32,000 bases of DNA, from the NCBI RefSeq assembly GCF_001017655.1, contig NZ_CP010904.1, positions 2,640,001 to 2,672,000 of the forward strand, read 5' to 3'. The translations under genes were made by a program, and so were the position numbers. This stretch comes from Kiritimatiella glycovorans. Lineage in GTDB: Bacteria > Verrucomicrobiota > Kiritimatiellia > Kiritimatiellales > Kiritimatiellaceae. A model generated the notes under the pieces. It made no database searches. It worked only from the letters and a program-made list of their open reading frames with translations, and was not told the origin of the DNA. This document shows positions 16,383-24,509 of this stretch, one piece after another (position 1 is the first letter of the stretch; the number at the start of each line of letters is the position of its first letter).

Positions 16383-16940
16383 TTAATGATTGGTATCGTA
16401 TATTGTCAATTTATAGTTCTTCAGGTACACGGCCGCAGCCTTGATCCCCTCGCCGTATTGCACCGGAGCGTTGACCCCTTCGGGGAACGCGGCTTTGTTC
16501 AGATGGCCGCAGGCGCAGGTTTTGGTTTCAGCCTGGTGCTCGGTGACGATCAGCCGCAGGGGTGGCAGGTCATGGACTTGACGCTTTTCGATGCCCTCGA
16601 CGGATTGATCGGCTAGAGAGCGGCCGCAGTGTTCGCATTCCTTCACACGGTGCACTTCGGTGTGCTCGGGCTTGTCGGCCATCGCGAGCGTATGGCCGGT
16701 ATGGCCGGGCTGGCCGCCGGACTTGCGCTTGCCCTTCTTGCGCAGGCTTTTGGGCGCAGGTTTCTTGAAGCCGTCGCTGGAGGGCGGTTTGCTGCTGTTG
16801 CGCGAGTTTTTGGCGAGTTGGTTCTCAAGAGACTGAACGCGTTCTTCCAGAGCACGGATGCGCGCATCCATCATCAACAGTACCCGCACGACGGTTTCCT
16901 TGCCGGCGTCGTAGATCGCTTCGGCCTCTTGGCGTGTCAT
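16383..16940 (-). pseudogene. IS66-family transposase, N-terminal fragment only (leucine-zipper + zf-IS66 regions; DDE domain missing)
   Basis: Sequence: MTRQEAEAIYDAGKETVVRVLLMMDARIRALEERVQSLENQLAKNSRNSSKPPSSDGFKK..GGQPGHTGHTL..CEHCGRSL..EKRQVHDLPP..TEHQAETKTCACG..FPEGVNAPVQYGEGIKAAAVYL. It then diverges (KNYKLTIYDTNH*) at about 16415-16421. A full-length IS66 TnpC is roughly 500 aa; this is 185 aa. Confidence 0.8.
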
Positions 16941-17980
16941 CACCTGCCCGCCCTCCCTTCGGTTCGGGAGCAGGCGGGTGCGCACAACTCCCGCCGGAAC
17001 TCCGGGATGAGCGGATACAGATACACGTCCTTGACCGGCGCCTGGATGCGGCGGTCTCGATCGTTGCGGGTCCGCCCCTGCGTTGCGCCCAGGCGCATCC
17101 AGTTCGCGGCCCGGTAGCAGGTGCCTTTGAATCGGGAACGGTCCACGAACGTTTCCAAGGCATGCACGGGATGAGCGTACTTGCCCTGCCAGTCATCCCG
17201 GATGCGCCGGGCAATGAGGCCGAGGACGTGGCTGGCCAGATGCGGGACTTCGACCCAGGGCAGGATCAGGAAACGCGTATTGTTGGTCAATGCCTGGAGA
17301 TTGCGTTCACGGCAGGCCCGATCCCAGCCGAGGAAACGATCCCGATCCGCGCATTTCCATGCCGCCGAACCGAACAGCGCACAGGCCACGAGCCGACCGT
17401 GCCGGTCGCGGATCAGATAGCGCAGGTTCTCGCCCACCGTGTTGCGATGGCCCAAGTAGTGGTATCGGCCCAGCAGCCCTTTGAACAACTGCGAGTTATC
17501 CGAACGTGGGGCGACAAGGTCTGCCGACAGGGGCCGCAATGCGCTCAGGTCAGAGCGAATCGGTTCGGCGGCAGGTTCTACGGCAGGCACGCACCGGTTG
17601 CGGAAATGATTGGAAGACGGGCGTTGACGCGCCGGCAACTCGATGCATCCGCGCCGCTCCAGCTTCAACAGCAGGGAGCGCGCCGCCATGTCCTTGATAC
17701 GGCCCTGCGCGTTGCGCCAGTTCCAGCAGCGGCACAGTTCCCCGCTGAGGCGGGTACGCCCCCAGTCCCGATGCTCTGCCATCAAATCCCGGATCAAGGC
17801 GATCTCGCCGTCCGTGATCTTCCGCCCCTGAATGACCATAGCCTGTGCCATGGTCAGCAGCGTAGAAGACCACGCGATCCGAGTCCAGCAGAAACCGCGA
17901 CTTTTTTCTGTTGCGCTCGGGGGGGGGTAGACTACGATTGTTTCAGTGGTAGCGCCATGGTGGGGCTACCTGAGTAGTTA
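16415..17980 (-). mobile_element. Putative 1566-bp IS66-derived (non-autonomous?) insertion carrying a DUF4338 gene + truncated transposase
   Basis: The 8-bp direct repeat CAATTTAT lies at 16407-16414 and 17981-17988; IS66-family target duplications are 8 bp. An inverted 7-mer, TCAGGTA (16421-16427) and TACCTGA (17967-17973), sits 6-7 nt inside each repeat. The insertion splits an AT-rich divergent promoter spacer between the GH and sulfatase genes. Confidence 0.45.
16940..17851 (-). CDS. DUF4338-family protein (the family of Druantia DruA), here IS-associated
   Basis: 303 aa. Motifs I associate with DUF4338: LLGRYHYLGHRNTVGENLRYLI, ALFGSAAWKCADRDRFLGW, NNTRFLILPWVEVPHLASHVL, LETFVD..RFKGTCYRAANW. 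Its stop TGA (16942-16940) overlaps the transposase-fragment ATG (16940-16938) by 1 nt. Confidence 0.65.
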   Translation of the reverse strand: MAQAMVIQGRKITDGEIALIRDLMAEHRDWGRTRLSGELCRCWNWRNAQGRIKDMAARSLLLKLERRGCIELPARQRPSSNHFRNRCVPAVEPAAEPIRSDLSALRPLSADLVAPRSDNSQLFKGLLGRYHYLGHRNTVGENLRYLIRDRHGRLVACALFGSAAWKCADRDRFLGWDRACRERNLQALTNNTRFLILPWVEVPHLASHVLGLIARRIRDDWQGKYAHPVHALETFVDRSRFKGTCYRAANWMRLGATQGRTRNDRDRRIQAPVKDVYLYPLIPEFRRELCAPACSRTEGRAGR

Positions 17981-18011
17981 CAATTTATCATCATCAAGGC
18001 GGGGAGTCACG

Positions 18012-19586
18012 ATGGGCAGCATGTCGTTTTCGCGGAGGGATTTTCTCAGGACGGGGGCGGCTTTCGCGGCGGCCCCTCTGGCCGCACGAGCGAAGGAACC
18101 CCGCCGGCCGAACATCCTTTTTATCATCGCCGACGATATGGGGTACTCGGACCTCGGCTGCTACGGCGGCGAGGTGGACACGCCCCATCTGGACCGTCTC
18201 GCGAACCGCGGCGTGCGTTTTACACAGTTCTATAATTACGGCAAGTGCGAACCGACGCGTACGGCGCTGATGACCGGGCATCGCAACACGCCGGAGATCG
18301 GGTGCTACGGCGAGCGCGCCGAATCGTTCCTTCCCGCCCTCCTGCGCGAACAGGGCTACCGCACGCTGATGGCCGGGAAGTGGCACGTGTCGCGCAATCC
18401 GACGGACCGCGGCTTCGAGCGGTTCTTCGGAATCGAAGAGGGCGCCTGCAACTACTATACGGGATCGGGGCGCATCAAGCTGGGCAAAACGAAATTCCCC
18501 GTTCCCGCGGAGGGATTCTATACGACGGACGCTTTTACCGACTACGCGATCCGGTTTCTCGATGAGGCACAGCACGAGACTCCGGAACAGCCTTTTTTCA
18601 TGTATCTCGCCTACAATGCGCCGCACGACCCGCTGCAGGTTCCGGAGGAGGACATCGGAAAATACCGCGGGGTATACCGCGCGGGGTGGGAATACTTCAA
18701 GCAGCGGCGCTTTGAGCGAATCAAGCAGATGGGGCTGATTCCCGAAGACGCGGCCATGACCGCATGGCCGGAAAACCTCCCGCATTGGGACGAACTGACC
18801 GATGGGCAGAAGGACATGGAGGACTGCCGCATGGCGACCTACGCCGCCATGATCGACCGGATGGACCGCCAGATCGGGCGCGTCCTGCGGTGGCTCGAAA
18901 AAAATCGCAAACTGGAGAACACGCTGATCGTGTTTATAAGCGACAACGGCGCGAATCCCTTTGACCGCGGCTCGCGCAGGATGGTCGAAGCGGGAATTCT
19001 CCCGGGAGGCCCGGATTCACACTGGTCGCTCGGGACGGCGTGGGCTCACGTCTCCAATACCCCGTTCCGGATGTACAAACGCAACATGCACGAAGGCGGG
19101 ATCTGCGGACCGATGATTCTTCACTGGCCGGAGGCGGGCTACGAGGCGGGTTCGCTCGCGCGCATGCCGGTCCATGTGCTCGACTTTCTGCCGACCTTTC
19201 ACGCGCTCGCGGGCGGCACGGCCCGCCCGCCCGGCATCGAGGGCCAGGACATCTCCGCCGCCCTGCGCGCCGGAAAACAGTCGCGCCCGGACTACCGGAC
19301 CATGGCGTATATGGTCGATCACCGCTACGTGCGGCGCGGCGATTGGAAGCTGGTCTCGGTCGACGGTGAGCCCTGGGAACTGCACCACCTGGGACGCGAT
19401 CGCACCGAGACGGTGAACGTGGTCGACGAGCACCCCGAGATCGCCCGTGCGTTCGACCGGGCCTTTAACGAGTGGTACGAATCGTTCCGCAAGGAGCCTT
19501 TCGAGAAAGGCAAAGGAACGTCGGCACCGTTACGGATGGGCGACCGCGGCACCGGCGCACAGTACGTGCCGGTTGAAATGCCCTGA
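18012..19586 (+). CDS. Arylsulfatase-type S1 sulfatase with Tat signal peptide
   Basis: MGSMSFSRRDFLRTGAAFAAAPLAARA (twin-Arg). NILFIIADDMGYSDLGCYG. Formylglycine motif C-E-P-T-R in GKCEPTRTALMTGH. A GGGGAG SD lies 5 nt upstream of ATG 18012. The track start at 17946 adds 22 implausible codons. Confidence 0.9.
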   Translation: MGSMSFSRRDFLRTGAAFAAAPLAARAKEPRRPNILFIIADDMGYSDLGCYGGEVDTPHLDRLANRGVRFTQFYNYGKCEPTRTALMTGHRNTPEIGCYGERAESFLPALLREQGYRTLMAGKWHVSRNPTDRGFERFFGIEEGACNYYTGSGRIKLGKTKFPVPAEGFYTTDAFTDYAIRFLDEAQHETPEQPFFMYLAYNAPHDPLQVPEEDIGKYRGVYRAGWEYFKQRRFERIKQMGLIPEDAAMTAWPENLPHWDELTDGQKDMEDCRMATYAAMIDRMDRQIGRVLRWLEKNRKLENTLIVFISDNGANPFDRGSRRMVEAGILPGGPDSHWSLGTAWAHVSNTPFRMYKRNMHEGGICGPMILHWPEAGYEAGSLARMPVHVLDFLPTFHALAGGTARPPGIEGQDISAALRAGKQSRPDYRTMAYMVDHRYVRRGDWKLVSVDGEPWELHHLGRDRTETVNVVDEHPEIARAFDRAFNEWYESFRKEPFEKGKGTSAPLRMGDRGTGAQYVPVEMP

Positions 19587-19590
19587 AAGC

Positions 19591-19616
19591 GGATCCGAAC
19601 GGGATCTGTTTTTCTC
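19591..19616 (+). terminator. Weak candidate intrinsic terminator after the sulfatase
   Basis: GGATCC-GAACG-GGATCT is a 5-6 bp stem, followed by GTTTTTCTC. Confidence 0.4.
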
Positions 19617-19718
19617 TCGCCAGGCCGCCACCTGACTTCAACATTGCCCGAAGAAGCGCTCGAATCCCCCTGTGAACATTGAAGTGAGTTTTGAATCAGG
19701 GTGTCCCGGCGGAAAAAA

Positions 19719-19836
19719 GGGTTATTCGTGGATTTTTATGGAAGGGTTCCCGGGAAAGGTGGGATGCGGCAGATCGGAGGAGAGAGAGAGAACGATGAAG
19801 GACATGAAGAGCATGAAGGTTGGTTGAGGGGGGGAC
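19719..19836 (+). repeat. Purine-rich CATGAAGG module, copy B (related to 7616-7740 and, inverted, 8265-8378)
   Basis: GGGTTATTCGTGGATTTTTATGGAAGGG..GGAGGAGAGAGAGAGAACGATGAAGGACATGAAGAGCATGAAGG parallels TTGTATGGAAGGG..GGAGGAGAGAGAAACG..CATGAAGGGGGGAAGGGCATGAAGG at locus A. The first 25 nt also match 22243-22267 at 22 of 25 positions. Confidence 0.8.
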
Positions 19837-19840
19837 ATAT

Positions 19841-19945
19841 ACTCGTACTCGTACGCGTACTCGGAGCGCCGAAGGCGCGATCCCATCCATCGATTCAAGG
19901 AATTCAAGCACGAGTACCGCTTCGCTGAGTACGAGTACGAGTACG
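19841..19945 (-). repeat. 105-bp element bounded by inverted (GTACTC)n hexamer arrays; copy B of the GTACTC module
   Basis: Left end ACTCGTACTCGTACGCGTACTC (19841-19862). Right end GAGTACGAGTACGAGTACG (19927-19945). Interior 19874-19945 is the reverse complement of 7807-7879. Confidence 0.9.
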
Positions 19946-20010
19946 ATATTCCCCCGAGTGTCCCCATGTTGAACTCAGGAAACGGTGCGGAGTTCAAGGT
20001 AATTCGCACC

Positions 20011-20592
20011 CTACCCGAAGTACGGCGGCTCGTTGCCCGGCTTCCACTTGATGTTGCAGCCGGTGGAAGGACGCTGATTCGAGGGTACTTCACGTCCTTC
20101 GAGCACGGCATCGACCGCCTCGCGCAGGTCGCTGCCGGTCACCGGCCTGCCGCTGCCGGGGCGGCTGTCGTCGAGCTGACCGCGATACACCAGCTTCCGT
20201 CCGGCGTCGAAGAGGTAGAGATCCGGCGTGCAGGCGGCGCGGTACGCCTTCGCCGTTTCCTGGGTCTCGTCGAAGAGATAGGGGAAATCGAACCCCTGCT
20301 CTTCCGCCTGTTCCTTGAGACTTTCCGGGCGGTCATCCGGGTGCGTGCCCGGATCGTTGGCGCTGATCGCCACCGCCCCGAGTCCTTCCGGCCGGTACTC
20401 CTTCGCGATACGGGCCAGTCCGCCTTCGACGTGCTTGACGAAGGGACAGTGCCGGCAGATGAACATCACCAGCAGCGCCTCGCAGTCACGGAACGATTCC
20501 AGCGAAACCTGTTCGCCGGTACGCACGTCCGGAAGGTTGAATCCGGGGGCCTCTTCGCCCAGCTCCATCATGGTCGATGCGGTTTCCACCAT
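20011..20592 (-). CDS. Thioredoxin-fold redoxin (AhpC/TSA-like thiol-disulfide oxidoreductase)
   Basis: ATG 20592 is preceded by GGGAGGTG. MELGEEAPGFNLPD..ALLVMFICRHCPFVKH carries a CxxC. The C-terminal half is typical of the long redoxin family. Confidence 0.85.
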   Translation of the reverse strand: MVETASTMMELGEEAPGFNLPDVRTGEQVSLESFRDCEALLVMFICRHCPFVKHVEGGLARIAKEYRPEGLGAVAISANDPGTHPDDRPESLKEQAEEQGFDFPYLFDETQETAKAYRAACTPDLYLFDAGRKLVYRGQLDDSRPGSGRPVTGSDLREAVDAVLEGREVPSNQRPSTGCNIKWKPGNEPPYFG

Positions 20593-20612
20593 GGCGCACC
20601 TCCCCGCCCCGA

Positions 20613-21176
20613 TCACTCGGGGATAAAAAGCTTCTGTCCGACCTGCAGCCGGTCGGGATTCCTGAGGTTGTTCGCCTCGACGATTTTTTTGACCGTGACG
20701 CCGTATGCCTTCGCGATGGCCGAGAGCGTCTCGCCGCTCTGCACCTCGTGCTCGTACCCGTAGCCGTCCGTCCCGCCGCCCCCGTTCTGCGGCTGCTTCT
20801 CGAGGATGGTTTCCATCTCGCGGCTCACGTTCTTCACGATCGCCTCCCGGTCGCGCTCACGAGCCGCCTCCAGCTGATCGATCCTGGACTCCAGCGAAGC
20901 GATCCGCCGTCGGGTGGAAGCCGAAGCCGTGCCCGCGGTGGTCTGCATATCCTGCCGGAGACGGTTCATCTCCATCTCGAGCGACTCGATCTGTCCTTCG
21001 AGACGCCGGACCCGCTCATCCATGAGGCGCAGGTCCTCACGGAAACGCGCCGAATGCACTTCCGAGTTCGCTCGCGGCGCCGGAGCCGGCGACGCCTCCC
21101 AGGTCTGGCACCCGGCCAGCGAAATGACCGCGGCGGCTATGAGACTTCCCTGAATCATCACCCGTATGTGCTTCAC
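20613..21176 (-). CDS. LysM-domain lipoprotein with central coiled coil
   Basis: GTG start at 21176 with a GAAGGAG SD 6 nt upstream. Lipobox ISLAG|C. Heptad-rich middle region ([18 protein letters not shown]..). C-terminal LysM: [44 protein letters not shown]. Confidence 0.82.
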   Translation of the reverse strand: MKHIRVMIQGSLIAAAVISLAGCQTWEASPAPAPRANSEVHSARFREDLRLMDERVRRLEGQIESLEMEMNRLRQDMQTTAGTASASTRRRIASLESRIDQLEAARERDREAIVKNVSREMETILEKQPQNGGGGTDGYGYEHEVQSGETLSAIAKAYGVTVKKIVEANNLRNPDRLQVGQKLFIPE

Positions 21177-21191
21177 GCTTCGCTCCTTCGT

Positions 21192-22187
21192 TTAAGGGTT
21201 CCAGAGATAATAGAGCCGCGGGGAGCTGATCCGGGCCAGGCGGTCGATGCCCAGCCGCGACTCCATCCGGCCGAACAGGGCCGCCAGCCCCCGCGGCATC
21301 TCGTAACGCACCACGTAGAGTTCCTCCGCGCCCAGCAGTCCGGCGGCCGCGTTCACGGCGTGCTCCCAGTAGCCGATCTCGTCGATCAGCCCGTTCTCTT
21401 TCGCCGTGCGCGCGGGAAAGACGCGGCCGTCGAGAAGGTCGAGATTCTCGAATCCGCGCGCTTCCATGACGATCCCCGCAAAGCGGCGGTAGGCGTCGTC
21501 GACCAGCTTTTGAAGGATCTCCACGTCCTCTTCCTGCACCTCGCGGAACGGGTTCAAAAGATCCTTGTGCCGGCCGGAGGTGATCGTCACGTCCTCCACC
21601 CCGATCTTCTCGGACAGGCCGCGCACATTCAGACTCTGGAACAGGACCCCGACCGAGCCGACGATCGAGGTGGGTTCGGCGATCAGACGGTCGCCGGCCA
21701 TGGCCACGTAGTAGGCGCCCGAAGCCGCCATGTCGCGGACGAAAATCACGACCTTTCTCTCCGGCGTGCTTTCGCGGAAACGTCGCAGGGCCATGTACAG
21801 CTCGTCGCTCGCGGTAACCGCGCCTCCCGGTGAGTCCACCTCGAGGATGATCGCCTCCACATCCCCGTCGTTCTGCGCCGTCCTGATCTGCGCCAGCACC
21901 GATTCGACCATGCCCGCGGCTTCGAACAGCCCCCCCTGTCCCCCGCGCATGATCGGCCCCATGAGGGGAATACGCGCGACCTTGGTCTCGCCGTAGCCGT
22001 AGGACCACCGTTCGCGCAATCGAGGCTCCTGGTCGACGGGATACTTCGCCGTCAGCGATTCGCCTCCGCCCGCGCTCATCCCCGCCAGCAGCCCCAGGTT
22101 CACGGCGCCGCTCATCAGCAGAAAAAAGGCCAGCATCGCCACCGTGATCCAAAGTCCCAGAGTACTCTTTCCTCGCCGTCCACTCAT
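21192..22187 (-). CDS. sppA: Signal peptide peptidase SppA (S49 family, 36K type)
   Basis: Motifs: LEVDSPGGAVTASDELY, DMAASGAYYVAMAGD (catalytic Ser context), GSVGV. An N-terminal TM helix is present. ATG 22187 has GGAG 6 nt upstream; the alternative start is 22199. Confidence 0.9.
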   Translation of the reverse strand: MSGRRGKSTLGLWITVAMLAFFLLMSGAVNLGLLAGMSAGGGESLTAKYPVDQEPRLRERWSYGYGETKVARIPLMGPIMRGGQGGLFEAAGMVESVLAQIRTAQNDGDVEAIILEVDSPGGAVTASDELYMALRRFRESTPERKVVIFVRDMAASGAYYVAMAGDRLIAEPTSIVGSVGVLFQSLNVRGLSEKIGVEDVTITSGRHKDLLNPFREVQEEDVEILQKLVDDAYRRFAGIVMEARGFENLDLLDGRVFPARTAKENGLIDEIGYWEHAVNAAAGLLGAEELYVVRYEMPRGLAALFGRMESRLGIDRLARISSPRLYYLWNP

Positions 22188-22275
22188 GTGATGCTCCATT
22201 CGATGCGGGCACTATAACGCAACGCGCGAAAGACTTGAAGGAGGGTTATTCCTGGATTTTTGTGAAACTGCCGGA

Positions 22276-22323
22276 ATCGCAAAGATGGATGAGGATAGCG
22301 TAGGCAAAGAGATCGTGCTCCCT
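22276..22323 (+). repeat. ~50-nt direct repeat, copy 1
   Basis: ATCGCAAAGATGGATGAGGATAGCGTAGGCAAAGAGATCGTGCTCCCTC compared with copy 2 at 22449-22498. Confidence 0.85.
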
Positions 22324-22448
22324 CGAAGGAAGAAATTACCTGGCGACCTTGGCGGCTTGGCGAGAGAAAAACGGGTTGAAGTCACTTCAGCGGACGGAGT
22401 GCCGCCGCTGACAAATACACAAGACATGACTCTCGCCAAGGCGCAGAG

Positions 22449-22498
22449 ATCGCAAAGATGAATGAGAAGAGCAGAGGCAAAGAGATCGTGCGCTCTCT
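22449..22498 (+). repeat. ~50-nt direct repeat, copy 2
   Basis: ATCGCAAAGATGAATGAGAAGAGCAGAGGCAAAGAGATCGTGCGCTCTCTC. Confidence 0.85.
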
Positions 22499-22502
22499 CT
22501 TG

Positions 22503-22600
22503 CGTTCGTAGTAGGCCCGCAGACCCGCGAAGCGGGGCCAGGGCCGTTATCTTTCACGCTCCTGGCCTGCCGGGGCAGGCTTGCGGCGCTACTACGAACG
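22503..22600. repeat. 98-nt foldback containing REP-like copy C
   Basis: A perfect 12-nt inverted repeat, CGTTCGTAGTAG (22503-22514) and CTACTACGAACG (22589-22600), encloses the hairpins CCCGC-GAA-GCGGG and GCCTGCC..GGCAGGC. 22541-22600 is homologous to 7981-8041. Confidence 0.85.
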
Positions 22601-22647
22601 ATATCCCGCACCTTCACATCGTCGCCGCAACGTGCTAAAGCATACCC

Positions 22648-24024
22648 ATGCGGACGGAAAAAGACGGTTTAGGAACCCGGGAGGTGCCGGACGATGCGCT
22701 CTTCGGCATCCATACGCTGCGTTCGATGGAAAACTTCGGTTCCGCCGGCGCGAAGCTGCCGCTCGAACTGATCTATGCCATGGCGCGCATCAAACGGGCC
22801 TGCGCCCGGGCCAACCGCGGTCTCGGTCTTCTGGAAAAGGACACGGCGGAGGCGATCCAGAAGGCCTGCGACGCCGTGCTGGCGGGGGGGCACGACGACC
22901 AGTTTCCGGTCGATGTCTTCCAGGCGGGCTCCGGCACCTCCTCGCACATGAACCTCAACGAGGTGCTCGCCAACCTCGCGGCGATCGAACTCGGCGGCGC
23001 GCCGGGCGACCGCGACCGCGTCCATCCCAACGACGACGTCAACCGGGGGCAGTCCACCAATAATGTCTTCCCCTCCGCGATCCGCGTGGCGGTGGTCCTG
23101 GGCCTTCCGGAGCTCGACCGCGCAGCGGAGCACCTCGAAGAGGCGCTCGAAGAACGCGCCCGGGCCTTTGCGGGCGTAAGGAAGAGCGGCCGCACTCATC
23201 TGCAGGATGCGGTGCCGATCACGCTCGGCATGGAATTCGCGGCCTGGGCGCGCGCCGTGCGCAAGGATCGCGGAAGGCTGGACGCGGCGGCGGAACCGCT
23301 GCGCGAACTCGGCGTCGGCGGCAACGCGGTCGGCACGGGACTCAACACCCCGCACGCCTTCCGGGAGAAGATCCTGGCGGCGCTGAACGAAGATACCGGC
23401 GGGCATTTCGCGGTCGCGGAAGACGGCGTGGAGGCGACCCAGTTCCTGACCGACGCGGGGGCGTTCTCGGGCGCGCTGCGCGCCTTCGCGCACGACCTCC
23501 TGAAAATCGTCAACGACCTGCGCCTGCTGAGTTCGGGCCCCCGCACCGGGCTGGGCGAGATCACCCTGCCGGCCGTGGAGCCGGGATCCTCGATCATGCC
23601 GGGCAAGCTGAACCCCAGCATCTGCGAAGCCGCGAACATGGCCTGCATGCAGGTGCTGGGACTGGACCATGCCGTATCGCTCGCCTGCGGCGCCGGTCAG
23701 CTCGAACTCAACACTCATATGCCGCTGGTCGGTGCCAACCTCATAACCTCAGCCCGCATCATCCGGCGGATCTGCACGGCCCTGGCGGACCGCTGCATCC
23801 GGGGCATTGAAGCCAACGAGGCGGTCTGCCGCCGCAATTTCGAGCAAAGCGCGGGGCTGGCGACGGTGCTCAACCCGGTGCTCGGCTACGACCGCGTATG
23901 CGAACTGGTGCGCGAATCGGTGGCCTCCGGTCGCCCGATGTCCGAACTGGTTTCGGAAAAGGGTCTGATGAGTGACGTGGAATGGCAGCGGCTCGTCGAG
24001 GCCTCGACCGGCCCCTCCGACTGA
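22648..24024 (+). CDS. Class II fumarate hydratase / aspartate ammonia-lyase family lyase (subfamily ambiguous)
   Basis: The GSSIMPGKLNPSICEA signature is present. Aspartase-like features: DQFPVDVFQAGSGTS, QSTNN and LRLLSSGPRTGLGEITLP. Fumarase-like features: GRTHLQDAVPITLG and VHPNDDVN. Confidence 0.9.
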   Translation: MRTEKDGLGTREVPDDALFGIHTLRSMENFGSAGAKLPLELIYAMARIKRACARANRGLGLLEKDTAEAIQKACDAVLAGGHDDQFPVDVFQAGSGTSSHMNLNEVLANLAAIELGGAPGDRDRVHPNDDVNRGQSTNNVFPSAIRVAVVLGLPELDRAAEHLEEALEERARAFAGVRKSGRTHLQDAVPITLGMEFAAWARAVRKDRGRLDAAAEPLRELGVGGNAVGTGLNTPHAFREKILAALNEDTGGHFAVAEDGVEATQFLTDAGAFSGALRAFAHDLLKIVNDLRLLSSGPRTGLGEITLPAVEPGSSIMPGKLNPSICEAANMACMQVLGLDHAVSLACGAGQLELNTHMPLVGANLITSARIIRRICTALADRCIRGIEANEAVCRRNFEQSAGLATVLNPVLGYDRVCELVRESVASGRPMSELVSEKGLMSDVEWQRLVEASTGPSD

Positions 24025-24058
24025 CCAAGAACCGGCACCGAATAAACAGGAGGCGAGA

Positions 24059-24328
24059 ATGCACGATTTCATCACGTTCGTGCGTTACGCGCACCTCGAG
24101 ATGTCGACCGCAGTCGTCATCGCGTTCGTGCTCAGCATGACGGTCTGTCTGCTCTTCCGGGCGAGCCGATTCGGACTGATTCTGGCCTACCTTTTCGCTC
24201 TGCGCATGGGGGGAAACTTCATGTCCGAGTACTTCGGCCCCGAGTATTTCCCGTACCTGTTTATCTACAGCATGCTCGGGCTGGCGGTGTTTTTCATCGG
24301 CTTGTACCTGGCGTGGACTTCGGAGTGA
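24059..24328 (+). CDS. Small hydrophobic membrane protein (89 aa, ~3 predicted TM segments), unknown function
   Basis: AGGAGG lies 5 nt upstream of ATG 24059. GC3 is high by inspection. Hydrophobic stretches: AVVIAFVLSMTVCLLF, FGLILAYLFAL, LFIYSMLGLAVFFIGLYLAW. The track ORF start at 23972 overlaps the lyase 3' end. Confidence 0.7.
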   Translation: MHDFITFVRYAHLEMSTAVVIAFVLSMTVCLLFRASRFGLILAYLFALRMGGNFMSEYFGPEYFPYLFIYSMLGLAVFFIGLYLAWTSE

Positions 24329-24457
24329 GGGACCGCGGATGGTATCCGGTTGTCCGGTAATGGGTTTCCGAGTCGCCGGGTTGTTGGCGCACGCAAGGTG
24401 GGGCGGTTCCGATGTACAGCAGAAGGCCGTCCGCAAAAGAGCGGCGCGCTCGGAGAG

Positions 24458-24509
24458 CACGCCCTGCCCGGGAGACGCAAGCCGAACCAGGGCGTGATTC
24501 GATTTCATT
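24458..24509 (+). terminator. Candidate terminator hairpin
   Basis: A perfect 9-bp stem, CACGCCCTG (24458-24466) and CAGGGCGTG (24488-24496), with a 21-nt loop, followed by ATTCGATTTCATT. The long loop and interrupted U-run make it weak. Confidence 0.3.

Noticed and set aside
16940-17851. Druantia defence system
   Set aside because: Only the DruA-like DUF4338 gene is present. There are no DruB-E genes and no large DUF1998 helicase. The context is an IS remnant.
16934-18785. ORFs 16934..17977 (+) and 17994..18785 (-)
   Set aside because: They are antisense to the DUF4338 gene and the sulfatase respectively, and have no motifs.
20577-22212. ORFs 20577..21833 (+, 418 aa) and 21037..22212 (-, 391 aa)
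   Set aside because: They overlap the redoxin/LysM/SppA genes in other frames. The SppA and LysM frames carry the diagnostic motifs.
22285-22512. 58-codon ORF (MDEDSVGKEIV..) whose stop overlaps a 17-codon ORF (MNEKSRGKEIV..)
   Set aside because: The similar N-termini come from the 50-nt direct repeat. Third-position GC is only about half by my count, versus very high in the real genes here. There is no SD.
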